64,000 nt of DNA from the NCBI RefSeq assembly GCF_006345805.1, contig NW_021832126.1:62001-126000 (forward strand). Direction: 5' to 3'. Below the pieces are notes generated by a model. It did no database searches and had not been told where the DNA came from. It saw only the letters and a list, made by a program, of their open reading frames with translations. A program made the position numbers and the translations under genes. This DNA comes from Octopus sinensis (lineage: Eukaryota). Below, piece after piece: positions 1 to 14,500 of the stretch. Positions within the stretch are counted from its first letter, which is position 1, and each line of letters starts with the position of its first letter.

Positions 1-1377
1 CCAAAATTTGTGAATTATTTATTGCCAATTTTCAATTTAATTATTATTTTTCAAATAAATTTAAAATATATTTATAAACTAAAAATTAATTTGACAAGAC
101 TTTAAAAGATTTTAATTCCATCACCTGGTTTAAAAGATTTCCTGGTTCAAATAAAATAAAATCCCATCACCAAAATTAGACTCAACCATACCTTTTTGAA
201 TTGACTTTCATTTCAAAAATAATGTCCAAAAAATATTAAACAAAAATATGCGTACTAATGAATATTCGCATTAGTGTGCTACGAAAACCTTTCAGGGATT
301 ATTTTTTGTAATAAGTTTTTTCCGAAATCACGATTATCATAAATAATATCTTTTTGTTCCGCGACTACAAAAATATTTATTTTATGGCATTTCTAATGTA
401 GAAATAGGTGACTATTAACCGATTCAAATTAACGATGTGAGGATTGAAGAAGTACATTTTAAAAAAGAACATTACCATATTAATAATGCAAAGTCAAGAA
501 GTTAACTAGAAGATCCTCAACTCCTAATGGCAATCGTTACTCACGAGGAGGAGACTTTAAGAATGGTAAAGAGCAGCTTAATAGAAGGGCAAATTGAAAA
601 TTCTGTCGAATTTTTGTGAATATTTAATAACTAACTTTTCTAATGTATGCAAATTAAAAAGTTCTGTTTTATTTCAATAATATATAAAAATTAAGGAATT
701 TTTCTTATTTTTTATGTTTAACTTTCGTACAAAAATCACATTTGTCTATGATATTGATAGATAACCATTTTCCACTCGGATAATTAAAAACAACAAGGCC
801 ATGTAATTGAGAGTATTTGAATCACTCAGGTTAAAATATTTCTGAATATATAAATCATGGTAATCGTTAATTTGTGTACTAACCAACAAAGAGGTTTTTA
901 TCTAAATATCGTCTAATCTTAGTAGAACTTTATTAACTAGTTTAACTACTTAATTATCTAAGTACTAAGCTTTCAGAATGAACAAGGGGTGGCACTCCAT
1001 CTAGGTTTTTTTTTCTGTAGACCTCCTCAAACAGTCCAATGGTGTAATAATGGCGACAGTCTGAAGCTAATTCTCAAAAGTTAATAGAACATCTTGGCAG
1101 CTCAATATCCGAAATTATAACATTTCCAATTAAAACAATCTAAAATAAATTAACCGCTTTCGATACTGCAGCACTTTCATCCTAAATAGCATTAAAAAAT
1201 ACAAATAGTATTTCTCTAAATTATTTATACTATTTTTCGGACTTTTTAAAATAATTTTGTTTACCCTTCATATTGTTAATGTTTTATTAGATATCTAAAA
1301 GTGAACATTATGAAACTTATGTTAAATTCTTTATTAAATTTACCGACATGAGATATTATTAGTAACTAAAGAGATAA

Positions 1378-3871
1378 TTAGAGTATTATGTATTCGTATT
1401 GGACTGCCCCGTTTCCATAATTGTTATCCAGTTTGAAAACCTACATTTTTGTGTCAATCCAATAGATATATACATTAATTGTTAGGTCATAACTAAGTTT
1501 TCCTTCTATGCTTATTTCGTATCCAGGAGAATATAAATTTCTTTTTTGGGAAATCATAATGTCCTTAATTTTTTTGCCATAGACATGTGGAGCGTGGGAA
1601 TTTCGGTTTAAAAGAGCATTGCCGTAAATATATTGAAAACTGTGGCTCCACCAAAAATTAGTCTTCAATGTGATATTTTGAGCTTTCTTTGGGATAATTC
1701 CTGCATTATAAAGGTTGTTATCTTGATTGAATTAAAATTTCAAGATTACTTAGAAGTCTTAATTGGAATTGTCCAGAGAAAATCTTGCAAGTCGAATTAT
1801 TCCCTCCGCATACACCACATTTGTCTATTTCCTTATTCGATCCCAAAACATCGTCGCATCCGACAACCTACAAGACTAGTAAAAAAATATGTCAACTGTG
1901 CATGTTGTGCCAATACACAATCCTTTTAACCCCTTTAAGGTGACGCAGGGAGACCCAATCTCGACATCAGCCCATGATATATCAGAACTGTATTGTGTCT
2001 TGCAAAGTAAACTACAGTCTGGTCCGAGGCCTACCATAACAATACTGATATTACTTTGAATAAATGGTATATGATTGGGTCCGAATTTTCTCCTGCATTG
2101 TTCGTCTAAAGTTGGATATGAGTTTAGTGGACAGTCCTAGGAAATATACCAATATTTATATACTGGATTTTTGCAAAGTTGAGATTGCTCGAATGGCCCA
2201 TTGCAAAATTTTGCTCCGTCAGACGGGCTAGACAATTACATTGAGCACTTTACGGTGGATTATTGCACTCTCGTGATCGGAACTTGATAGAAAGACCACA
2301 ATCCTGTTTGCATTTCCCAAATTCTGACCATTTCCCAAATCTGCCATCAATGAACGGTAGAAATGGCTTAATGTACTCACATTGTCCCAATTTGCAAATC
2401 TATTTGTGCAAAATATATTAACTTTGTTATTTGCACATTCAGATCCGTCAACAAGGTCAACTATTATATACTCATACTTAGTGGGACCCAAGTTCTTCCT
2501 GCAATATCCGGTGCAAGTATTCTTTTATAAAAACAAAAAATGACAATTGGAGACGACTTAGGGTCAAAGAAAAAATCTTCATTCATCACGCAAGGATCCT
2601 TTAGTTCGTCAGTAGGGATAAGAGAACGAATTGATATAAACCGCTTTTCCTTCAATTTTCTGACGCATTCTGTATTCTCAGATATTCTGAATTTTCAATA
2701 TTTAATAAGTAACCCCATTTTCTCAGTAATGTACTTATGCGAACAGGTAGACCATGTGTAGATATCATTTCCGGCATATGATCTCATTATATATGGGCCG
2801 TTGCACCCCACGCTGGTCAAATCATCGTGTTGTAGCCCAATACTGCGAGTTTATATTATTTTACAAAATTTACAAATGCCCGATTTCATGAGCCACCGTT
2901 GAAGCCGTATCTAACCCCATAAACCTGACAATCATGCATTTGCTAGACGTGCACAATTTATTTAAAGGTGAGATTCCAAGAATATTTTTAGATCTCAGCA
3001 TTTTACTATATTTGCTTTAACATGCACTACGTAGTGATTTTTAAATAAATGTCGTGGTCTAAATCTCTGTCTCGTTCACAGTCAAACAAATCAAAACTTT
3101 GATCATAGTAACGTTCGCTTCCTCGAAGAATCTAAATTTTGTTTTGAAAAATAAATATTTACATGCTTGTATACTTTTACAACATTCAAGTAAAAATATT
3201 GACCGAGTGTATTTTTGTGCATTATTGCGTTTGTCTGAACAGTGATTTGGCAGGTTATACCATTTCAATGAGTAATGGAATCATTTTTGTCATTTTTCCG
3301 AAATCGGACGATTTTTCTGATTCTACACGGATTGCTATGTCAATTTGCATCGGCGAATAGCTTGCAGTAGATTTTATTCCCCCGATAGCTCGTTCTGTCA
3401 TTTAATAACATTCTTACAAACTATCAATTCTAAACTTATTTGTGCCATTTGATGTTTTATCTTTTTGATAGACAATGTGCAAACTGTGGATTGACGAATT
3501 ATAATGATTTTTTGGTTCGATAAAAAATATTTCATTGTCAATTTGGATGTACCCCATCTAATCAAACTAAACAGTTCACTGACTCACCAGGCCATTACAG
3601 TTATCAATAAAAGCCGACGAATCAAAATGATTTAGAATGGATCCGTGTTTAAGACACGAATTGGATTTCACTGATTTTTTATTCAATCTTAAAATTTCTT
3701 GTCTTCCGAGTATTTGTATTTTGTAAAATAAAAAGAAGTTTTGTTTGTGATTATTTTCGACTAATAATGGATGGAAAGACTCATGATCTATTATAATTTA
3801 TTATTTTTATTACCATCTAATTCAACATTTAAAGCAGTTTGCAATAATAAAATAATTATCCAACTATTCAT
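1378..3871 (-). CDS. ADAMTS-family secreted metalloprotease (signal, prodomain, M12B, disintegrin-like, one TSP1, Cys-rich, spacer)
   Basis: Manual splicing of 23-33 nt GT-AG introns gives: signal [11 protein letters not shown]; prodomain [25 protein letters not shown]; furin-like RIDKR/A; zinc motif HEIGHFIGLQHD (~2830-2890); TSP1 [27 protein letters not shown]; [25 protein letters not shown]; spacer end [10 protein letters not shown]. Confidence 0.88.
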
Positions 3872-4279
3872 CTTTTCGTGCTAGATTGTTCAATTAAATA
3901 TGAACTTTTGTGCACAATTTGCTAATTATAATAAAATATGTTACCCGTATGCAACAAATTTAATTTATTGATTAGTTAGTCATTTAAGGTCATCATTGAA
4001 TTGAGGAAACTTTTCTGTAATAAATTTCCAACAGTTATTCTTGCTTATTATCCGAGAAATAATTTAGTTTAAATCTAAATTTATGTTTAATTCCACTTTT
4101 TTTAATTATAGTATTAAAGTCCTCCTGCATTGAAATAGTTATAATAGGAAAAGATTCCCCACTGATCTCCACCAAACAAGCGTGTTTTGAAAAATCACAA
4201 AACTAAGTCCAACCAATATATTTAAAAAACGTTGTTGTCTAACTATAATTTAGTGAAATAATTAGTAATTTACTAGAAG

Positions 4280-4425
4280 TTAACAAAGCCATTCATCCGA
4301 AGTGGTCCCCGCCAATATTATTAACGTTGCGTTGGCTCTCACGATAGCAACGGAGATCAACTGGAGAAGCCACCGGGTCTCACGTGTGTCGTGGCTTTTT
4401 AATGTGGCTAAGCGTCCAAGCTTCT
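4280..4425 (+). mobile_element. Degenerate LINE reverse transcriptase fragment
   Basis: One frame reads EKPPGLTCVVAFNVAK, resembling the KPP..TVxVALDxxKAFD motif of non-LTR RTs; frameshifted and isolated. Confidence 0.4.
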
Positions 4426-5019
4426 TTAGGAAGCGAAGTTGTCTAACATATCTTTTTTAGCAATACTTCATAAATACACTGGATAAATGGAAATAAAATT
4501 TGATTTAAGTTAATGGAAACATAATTCATACCATAGACTGGAGATATACTTTTATTCCCTTTCTTTATTTTGAAAAATTGTCAGCTTAAGATTGAAGCCA
4601 ATTTTTGCACTTATAAAGCTTTAAATTCATTAGACCCGCTTCCCGTAAATATATAGCAAAAAACTATTTTAGTCAGGATTTTTAGTTGAACGACGTTTTT
4701 ACAAAAAAAAATCCTCATTATTTCTCATTTTTGTTTTTAACATAATTTAAGAACTATTTTATAACTTTTTCAAAATGAAAAACTTTCGATTGAAACGTCG
4801 GTTTTTATTATACACAAATATATTGGCTTAAACCACAAATGTTTGTATCTGGAAAATGCTCACCGCAGTCAGAATTATCCGTTCATAAAATTTGCAACTA
4901 GAATAGAACCATAGCAGAAATTAAAGACGTCAAAAATCTAATAATCTAGCAAAATCATAAGCCAAGGAAAGAATTAATTCTACAAGTGATAGTCCTAGGC
5001 AAAATCAAGTAACCGATAG

Positions 5020-5634
5020 TTAATTGGTGCACGTGCCCTTTGGGTTTAACGCTGAATTGTCAGTTTGAGCATTTTTATCACAAAAATCGTCACCACTAAC
5101 GAACTGATCTGCAGAAATAGTGCAATTAGATACAATTAATACCAGACTGGGTGATTCCAGAGAACTGTAACGAGTCTAACTTTGACGAATGACTCAGCAA
5201 TTCGAGATTACTAAGACACGATTCTCCATATTTTTTTTCAAGTTGAGAATATTCGCGGAGCTTTTTTATACACGTCATCGACAAACTCTAAAAAAAATTG
5301 AATTATGCAAACACGAATGTGTCTCTTTGCGTCTCTGATAATGGACAGTGTTGTGTTTCCCGTAATTAAATTCCGAGGAATCGTCCTCTGCAACAGCAAT
5401 AAGTTTATATTAATGTTTTTTCGTCTGTTCCTTTCCTTTACTCGGTTTAATTGCTTAACTAATGTCGGTAATTTGATTGTAAAATAAGATTTTTCCTTTA
5501 CTAATAAAATTTGTGCCATCAACTGACTAACATTTCCGCTGTCTTTCTTCCTCCTCAATATATTCAGCAGCTTTCAGAAGAAGGGAAATCCCCCCCATTT
5601 CGCCATAATCATTCTTTGGACTGTCCGAGTTCAT
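5020..5634 (-). CDS. Mad/Mxi/Mnt-family bHLH-Zip transcriptional repressor
   Basis: Exon 1 has the Sin3-interaction motif ISLLLKAAEYIEEEER; bHLH KERNRRKNININLLLLQRTIP..NTTLSIIRDAKRHIR followed by a zipper exon; three GT-AG introns of 25-34 nt. Confidence 0.8.
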
Positions 5635-6065
5635 ACGTTAGTAAATTAACGAGTTGAAAACATTATGAGCAAGCGGCAAACATTATCATAACCACGCTTT
5701 AATAAGCTAATTCATCTTGCTACCAAGCAATTGAAAGTTTTTACGCAAAGTCCAATTTTCTTTTTAGAATAAAAATCCTAAAGAGTAACCGCAGTGATTT
5801 GTTAATTATATTCTAATCAACATTGTTTGACCAAATCGGGGCAAAACCAACTTTAGTTTTATTCTCCATTGAGCATTAATGAATTGTCAATCTTAGAAAT
5901 CACGGCTGATTTCTAAAACGATTTGAGTTGTAAGATGTCAAAGAAAGAATATAGGCTAGTGAAATACAAGATGTGCCTATCAGTTTTGATATCTCTGATA
6001 TTCATTCAACAACTTCCTGAGAAACACCGAGTAAGACAAATAATAAACCAAAAGATAAGTAAATT

Positions 6066-6817
6066 TCAATTTCTCATACGTCTAACAACAGAACATGGAT
6101 CAGGAGCAAGGACAAGGGCTGATCCCGACACAATCAAATTGGCCCCGGCCTATAATGAAGTTAATATTAACACCTCTAAACACGTGTGAGCAGTCTCCAC
6201 ACCAACACCACCGTCCACGCCAATGTTAAGAGAGGGGAAGAGTCCTCTTAGAGTTTTAACCAAAAATTAAAGACTGAACATACTTTGTCGACCATTTGCT
6301 CCATAAACCTTTGTCCCCCAAACCCCGGCTCAACAGTCATAACCAAGACAACATCCACGTGGTTGATTAAGTCCAAAATGGAATCAACAGGGGTGACTGG
6401 GTTGAGTGCCACCCCGGCCTAGACGTGTGAGAATGGTCTATGCCTCCATCCCGGCTTCTTTGACCTTCCGGATGGTCTCTAGGCTATCTCCATCTGCCTC
6501 CACGTGGAAGGTGTAGAGGTCGGCCCCTGCATCAGCCATATCTTCGATCCACTAAAAATCTTCGGGGGGGACACCTGCTGAGGTCTTTGAACCATCATGT
6601 GACAATCGAAATATTGAGGTCTTGGAATTTGTTTGCGGAGGCATTTCACGACTGGGTGTCCGAAGGTTATGTTGGGGACAAATCTCCCGTCCATCACGTC
6701 GAGGTGAAGAAAGTCAACTCCACTGTCGAGCATTCTCCGAGACTCATTGGCCAGCTGAGACAAATCAGAGTTCAGGATGGAGGAACCGATTTTTGTAATA
6801 AGATCAAATGATTTCAT
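6066..6817 (-). CDS. RPE: Ribulose-phosphate 3-epimerase
   Basis: [49 protein letters not shown]; four introns of 23-25 nt (one GC-AG at 6419-6443, one apparent GT-TG at 6261-6283). Confidence 0.97.
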
Positions 6818-7007
6818 TTAATACCACAACCAACTATTAATTCAAATTTAATGTGTGCCTACAATCTTAATTATTTTCATTAAAAATGTAAAGTAAGTAA
6901 GCTATGCCTCAGCAACTAATGAACAATGGAGGCTCATAGAGGACATGGAAAGGACCTACAGGTCTGAGGCAAAAAGAAACGTAAGTATAATTAAAACCGA
7001 AAACCCA

Positions 7008-8470
<1,463 letters not shown>

Positions 8471-8642
8471 AAGAACTTGTGTGGTAATGATCTATTAGTT
8501 TTTTAATTTATACTTTAAATATTAATTTTTATAATTTATTCAACGATTTATTACTTTTAATATTTATTTTTATAACTTATTTTAGTTTAAAAGTCAAAAG
8601 TAAACCGAAATCTAACTAATAAATTGCTTGACCTATTTTAGA

Positions 8643-9448
8643 ATGATAATCACCAAACTAAAGAACACAACTACAATAGCTCTGTCCGTTGTATACGCGG
8701 TTGAGGAATTACATTATTTTTCAGTTCTATGTCGGGTATTTTATAACGACCGGCATCAAATATTATAATATTTCTGATCTTCTGATGGATTCTGATTCAA
8801 AAACTATTTTCTGGGTTATTCTGCCTTTAACAACACTTTCCTGTCTTGCATTTTTCGCCCTTGTTTTTTTTATAGTCGGGCTGATAACTTTGTATATAAA
8901 AAACAATTGCCTCAGCTACACGGTGGTGTTGAGTAACCTACTCTTAGTACATTGTCGGAGTTGCATTCATTGCAGTCGTGTTCACCGGAGGAATAATTTT
9001 TTTGACAATTTTTATGCAAAATCTTCACCAAAACGTGGAGTTGGTCGTTAAAGACGTGGTGGTCAATTACAACAAGACCCGTAAACGCCTTGATAATTAC
9101 CACGAAACAGTCAGAAGTAGTTCTAATCGGTGTAGTTTGAGTGTTGTGGGTATAAAGATGGTATCATCGACTACATTCGTGTTCGTCCAGCTTCATGTTG
9201 TCCTGACGATGACTGTGGATGTTACGGCGTCTATAATCAAGTTTCCACTTGCTTTTTGTTTTAGACGTGCACTGCCGTTATTGAAAATTTTATTAACAAT
9301 TACTCAAAGGTTCTGATTCCTGGCGGGTATTTTGTTTTCATTTTGTCAGTAAGCATCCATTTTTAAGTTGTAGGTGATCTTGATATGGGTCATTGTCTTT
9401 ATAACTAAACGAGAAGTTCATTTCTCCACTGTTAAAAGCGTCTTTTAA
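8643..9448 (+). CDS. Tetraspanin
   Basis: Several hydrophobic segments; large extracellular loop with FECCG (~9136-9150) and PASCC..C..C motifs; mini-introns. Confidence 0.8.
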
Positions 9449-9712
9449 TCACTTACATTCTTATAATTTCTTTAACAAGAGGTCTTGTCTAATCAAATTT
9501 GACTGTAGGCTTCTAGTAAACTGTGAATTGTGTTAATGGCCAATAGTTCTTGGTAAAATATGGTTGTTCTTTGATTATATGTTTAATGATTAGTTGCATT
9601 AATTTTGTAATAATTATTGTCAGTTAAAAGTAGAAAGACAGGTATAATGACACAATTATTTAACCCGTTCTAATTTAATAATAAAAGTGTTATAATCTTG
9701 TGAACAGATAAC

Positions 9713-10819
9713 ATGCCTACAATCGGGATTCCCTCAGGCAGATTTCACTGCAACGAGGTTTGTTCGTGCATTATGATCACCAAACTGAACAAATATAAAA
9801 ATTCGAAGATTATCAGGTTGAAATTAATTTTTTAGATATCAGATCTCGCTCTAAATCAGAATTAGATCAGTGCGATCTTTTACTTGCCGTGGGAGAAATT
9901 TTTAGCCACGAAAATCTATTTTACGACACTCAACAAAAGTCTTTCAATGAGACAATGAAGAGTCTTTCTGGTGGGAAATACCCATATGATATAATATTGA
10001 GCACTTGTGGACTTATCTACTACTTTTATGGACATGAAATAATTACAAACCACAGACCAGACCACGTTTTTTCACCTGAGAAACATGATCTGGTATTTCG
10101 ACTTTTTTATCAAAATTTCATCATGCCATTGGACGCTATTCACAACATAATTGACAAATGTGGTTGTAGGGAACAAAAGTAAGTAGTTTTTAAATACATG
10201 TCAGATACGTTATCAAGTCCGATTTATTTTCAAGAGTAGATATGTGTAATCCTCCGTGGTATTCTTCATCCTCAGAATTAGAACAGGTTGGCCACTCTTA
10301 CGCATTCCAGATGGATTGTTTTGAAAGTGCATTGGAGTTGGTAAAAACAGAGTTTGACTCTGCGTTAGACTACCATATTGATTCTATTTTGATTGAATAT
10401 GAACTTGTTTCAGCTGCATTCGATAAAAGAATGAGTGTGGATAAGAGTGGACTGGTCATCTATGTCGATTGTGGCTGTCCTTTCATCAATGTTATTCACC
10501 ATCTTGAAGCTGTTCGTCAAACAAAAATCATTTATGTCATTTCTCATTGCCGCGTTGACAACTCATTCACGACTCAAGCAGTTTCCGACCAATTCCAATA
10601 CACCCCACGGTATTTCCACGTCTATAAAAACGTAGACATCCACTCCGAAAAGACTTATGTGGACTATTTGATCAGGAATTAGAGGCCAAGAGTGGTATTG
10701 AAGGACTTCAATTTGTACACATCACCGGTTACGCTGGAGTTGGATCGACGTACGAGGCGGTTCTGAAGTTGACAAGGATTAGTTTGACGACATTCTCCAT
10801 GTCAGATAAATCTTTCTGA
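9713..10819 (+). CDS. MYG1: MYG1-family (DHH superfamily) protein with degenerate catalytic motifs
   Basis: IGIPSGRFHCNE..IIRSR..DLLLAVGE..YDTQQKSFNETMKSL..LSTCGLIYYFYG..NPPW..SGIEGLQFVHITGYAG aligns with MYG1 over its full length. Confidence 0.85.
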
Positions 10820-10879
10820 TGCTTATTTTAACATTTTTAACTTTTTTCTCCTCGCACGTTGTCTTGGGCACCATTCCAA

Positions 10880-11420
10880 CCTTCCCTGAGTCTGGAGTTC
10901 CTTCTTGTTTTTTCAAGATCTGACTATTCTTAAACGGCGGCAAATGCGAACTTTTCAATATTTTTTTGCCCCCGCCGCTCTCTGCCACACATTCTCCTCT
11001 CTCAGCAGCCTGATCGATATGTTAAGGCTTACGTCTATTAGCAATCTAATTATATTGGGCTCGCCAATCTTCGCCGATGGCATAGTAAAAGCCTTATCGT
11101 CTAAATGGGACGAAATGAAACTGCTTACTGATCGGATCCGTGGCTTGGCTCACATCTGGCGTTTTTCCTATTAAAGAACTTCCTTTTCGTCCCTAGAGTG
11201 ACCTATATTCTCGAAACCTCAGGAATCGTCCGCAAGGCCGCGACTCAACTCCTCACTGACATTGGTAAAAGAATTTCCTCGAAAACAAACGACCAGAGGG
11301 AAAGGAACTGGCTCTTTCAGCGAATCTCGGTCGCCATGCTGTCAATACGCAGTGCGGCGTTTTTGAGCTGACCATTAGGCTCTTGACTATTCCTTCAGCC
11401 ACCTACTCTAGCTAGCGTCT
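10880..11420 (+). mobile_element. Degenerate non-LTR retrotransposon fragment (post-RT region)
   Basis: ILGSPI..ALSSKWDEMKLLTDRIRGLAH..FLLKNFLFVPRVTYIL resembles the region C-terminal to RT in RLE-type elements; frameshifted, intron-free. Confidence 0.4.
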
Positions 11421-11583
11421 AATCTTTTCCTAATATAAATTGTATTTTAACATTTTTTGGTACTTAACCAAATTCTTGTCTGTTCTCTGGTAAACACGGA
11501 TTTTGTAACTTTTAAAACCAAATTGAAAATTTTTAAAATAATTGTATTTATTTGCAATATTCGACAAATAAATTGATATTACC

Positions 11584-14500
11584 ATGACAGAACAAAATCA
11601 GAAAGAATTATTAAGAGAAATGGCAAACCCAGGCGACGAAATGCAGATCCAATGTGAAAGTTATTTAGATTCAGGCGAACTCCCAGCAGACAAAGACACG
11701 TGTGGTAATGTATTTGAATAAACGTAGAAAGTGGCTCTACAACTATGTATTATCCTGAGAAAACAGCAGAAAGTATGTTCGTAGAAGGAAACGATTTCAG
11801 TGGCCCAAAAGAATTTGTCAAATTAGAGTTGGTGGTGGATAACACGTTGCAGACATTCCTTTGGATACGACTGTTCTAGTAAACCAAATTTGCTACTCGT
11901 TGGAGAGAATACACTCTGCTACTACGCCGGCAATGTGACAATACTACTAGATGTAAAAACTGGTGAACAAAAATACATATGGAGTCGTTCTGGGGGAGGA
12001 GTGGGTGCCATTGATGTACTAAATTCCGTAACATATTTAAGGTCCACCCTTCAAAACTCTATTTGGCTGTTGCAGAGAAAGGGAATAAGCCTGAAATCAA
12101 TGTCTACACATGCCCGGAGTTGCGTTTGTATCGCATTCAGAGAGAGGGAACTCAGAGGGAATATTCCTGCATAGAGTTTAAGTTGCTCTCCACTGATATT
12201 TATTTTCAGCCCCGAAGGGTCCTATCTGGTGTCAGTAGGTGGGACTCCAGACTACACGATCACTATCTGGGACTGGGAGAAAGAGCAGACAATTTTACGT
12301 TCAAAGAGTTTCTCCCAAGACGTCTACTTTGTGAACTGGTCCAATGACCAGCCCGGACATCTTGTGACTGGAGGAATAGGCCACATCAAGTAGCTGGAAT
12401 GTTGTAGACGTAGATTCTGGAAAATGGCCAATTCCTTCACTGGTCTCAAATTGCAAGGGCAGATCGGGATGTTCGGAAAAACGGAAATATCTTCTATTAC
12501 CGGATGCACGGAACTACCAGATGGAAAAGTTTTGGCGGGAAATGAGTTTGGGAACATGACTTTATGGGAGGGAGCACATATTAAGGTTTCATTTGTTGCC
12601 AGAATTTGCAGACAGAAATAATTCTTCCAAACAAAAAGAAATGCCACGGCGACCAGATCAGACAATTCATTTTAGAAGAAGACGAAATAACCACCGTGTC
12701 TTTCGACGGGACAGTCAAAGTCTGGGATTTTGACACAATCGACTCTGCCGAACCACTGGACGAGGCTTTGACGTTCCCAGCCAAACCTATAAACGAACTC
12801 AAAACAGGAAATAATATCAAGTTGATGAAAATTGTCAAGGACATCAATTCCACTGAACTTTGTTCTTATTATGCCCAGGTCCCTGTCCCCAGTTTATATT
12901 TTTAGGACGCTGCGGGAGCTATTTTAAAGTTAGATTTGTCTTTTTCAAACATTTCAAAACGCCCTGAAAAGATATACGAAGCTCATGCAGGATCAGTCAA
13001 CTCTTTGGCAATGTCTCCAGACAGGCCTATTTTCGCTACAACAGGAGACGACTGCTACGTCAGATTCTACAATTTTCAGACCAAGAAACTGCTTTGTTCA
13101 AAGAAATTCAACTCCCCAGGCTGTTCACTTATGTGGGCACCCAAATCGGTTAGATGACGGGAAACTACTGATTAGATTGACCCTAACAATTTATCAGTCG
13201 TCGTAGGATTCAGTGACGGGGTCATCAGGGTTCTTGGCTGTTACTCCCAACCTGATGAGTCGTATAAAATTCTTTTGACGTCTGTTCTGAAGCCACATAC
13301 GGACAAAGTGGTATCTATTGCAGTTGATTCGACATTGAAAATAATGGCCACTGGAGTAGTCCAATTGAATACTTTTTGTAGAGCCTGGATCAGACGGTGT
13401 TTTTTTTCAATGTACAAGAGTGCCTTAAACCGCTTGGATTTTTAAAAGTGGGAGAAAAGGTGGTGACAATTAAGTGGAACAGTTTAAATGTAAGTGCCAA
13501 TTTATCGACAACAGGCTGCAAACAAAATACTGGTTGGATGTGAGCGAGGAGTTGTGTGCGAGTGTAGTGGACCGTTCGAGGGAAAGTGGAATGAAGCGTC
13601 TTTGTCGTATAATCTTGAACACGTTTCAATTAAAAGATACAAGTTCAAAAGCGTAAAGTCGAAAATAATAGTAAACACGGTCTTTTCATTTATAGCACAA
13701 TCGCGAATTAGAAATGAGAAAAAAATTATGGTTGGAAGAAAAGGAGAAAACTATTAATAAAATGGAACAGCAGTTATCGAAAAATGAAATCACTGCAGAC
13801 GAACTAGCAGAATACAAGAACGAAGAATTTCGTAATTTAGCCAATTTTATGGTTTAGAGGACACGGAAGAGTGGGAGGAATATATTCCAGAACAACCTAC
13901 TTCTGTTCTCTACGTCGAGTTCTGCGAAGAAGAGGACAACTTCATAACAATGATGGTTTGTGAATGCATTGACACCGTCTAAGAGTGGCTACGATTCGGG
14001 ATACTTCTACTACTGTCGGTTTGGCAAAAATACTGAACAAACGGAGCCTCTTAGTGCAGTTCAGATCGAGGGCGTAGACGTGGAGTGTCTGCATAGTGTG
14101 GATTGGTAGGAAGTGGTCATTATATTTAGTGGCGAGTTCAAAATAATGGGAATGAGCAACGGGAGGATTCATTTGGAGCATCGGGACAACCGTGTACATG
14201 GAATTAGTAACTGGAGTTATATCAACATGCACGATTCGAACAATGGCGCCGTAAAGTGTCTTGGAGTGGCTTTCGATGGGTCTCGGCTTATCACAGTCGG
14301 TGGGGATGGAAATATATTTTGCTATTTCCTAAATCTGAGCGAAAAGGAAAGACCTGTCTCTCAACATGAACAATCTGTCACTAAAAAAATATCGACAGTG
14401 GACGACATTGACGATTCCGTAGTGACATACAGGTGGTGAGAAAGATTTTTACCGGACAGCATCGAGGAGGCCAGAATCCGAGTGGAAGAGGAAAACAGAC

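Noticed and set aside
1-1370. Small genes in the first 1.4 kb
   Set aside because: Some GT-AG-like segments but no consistent frame or recognisable motif.
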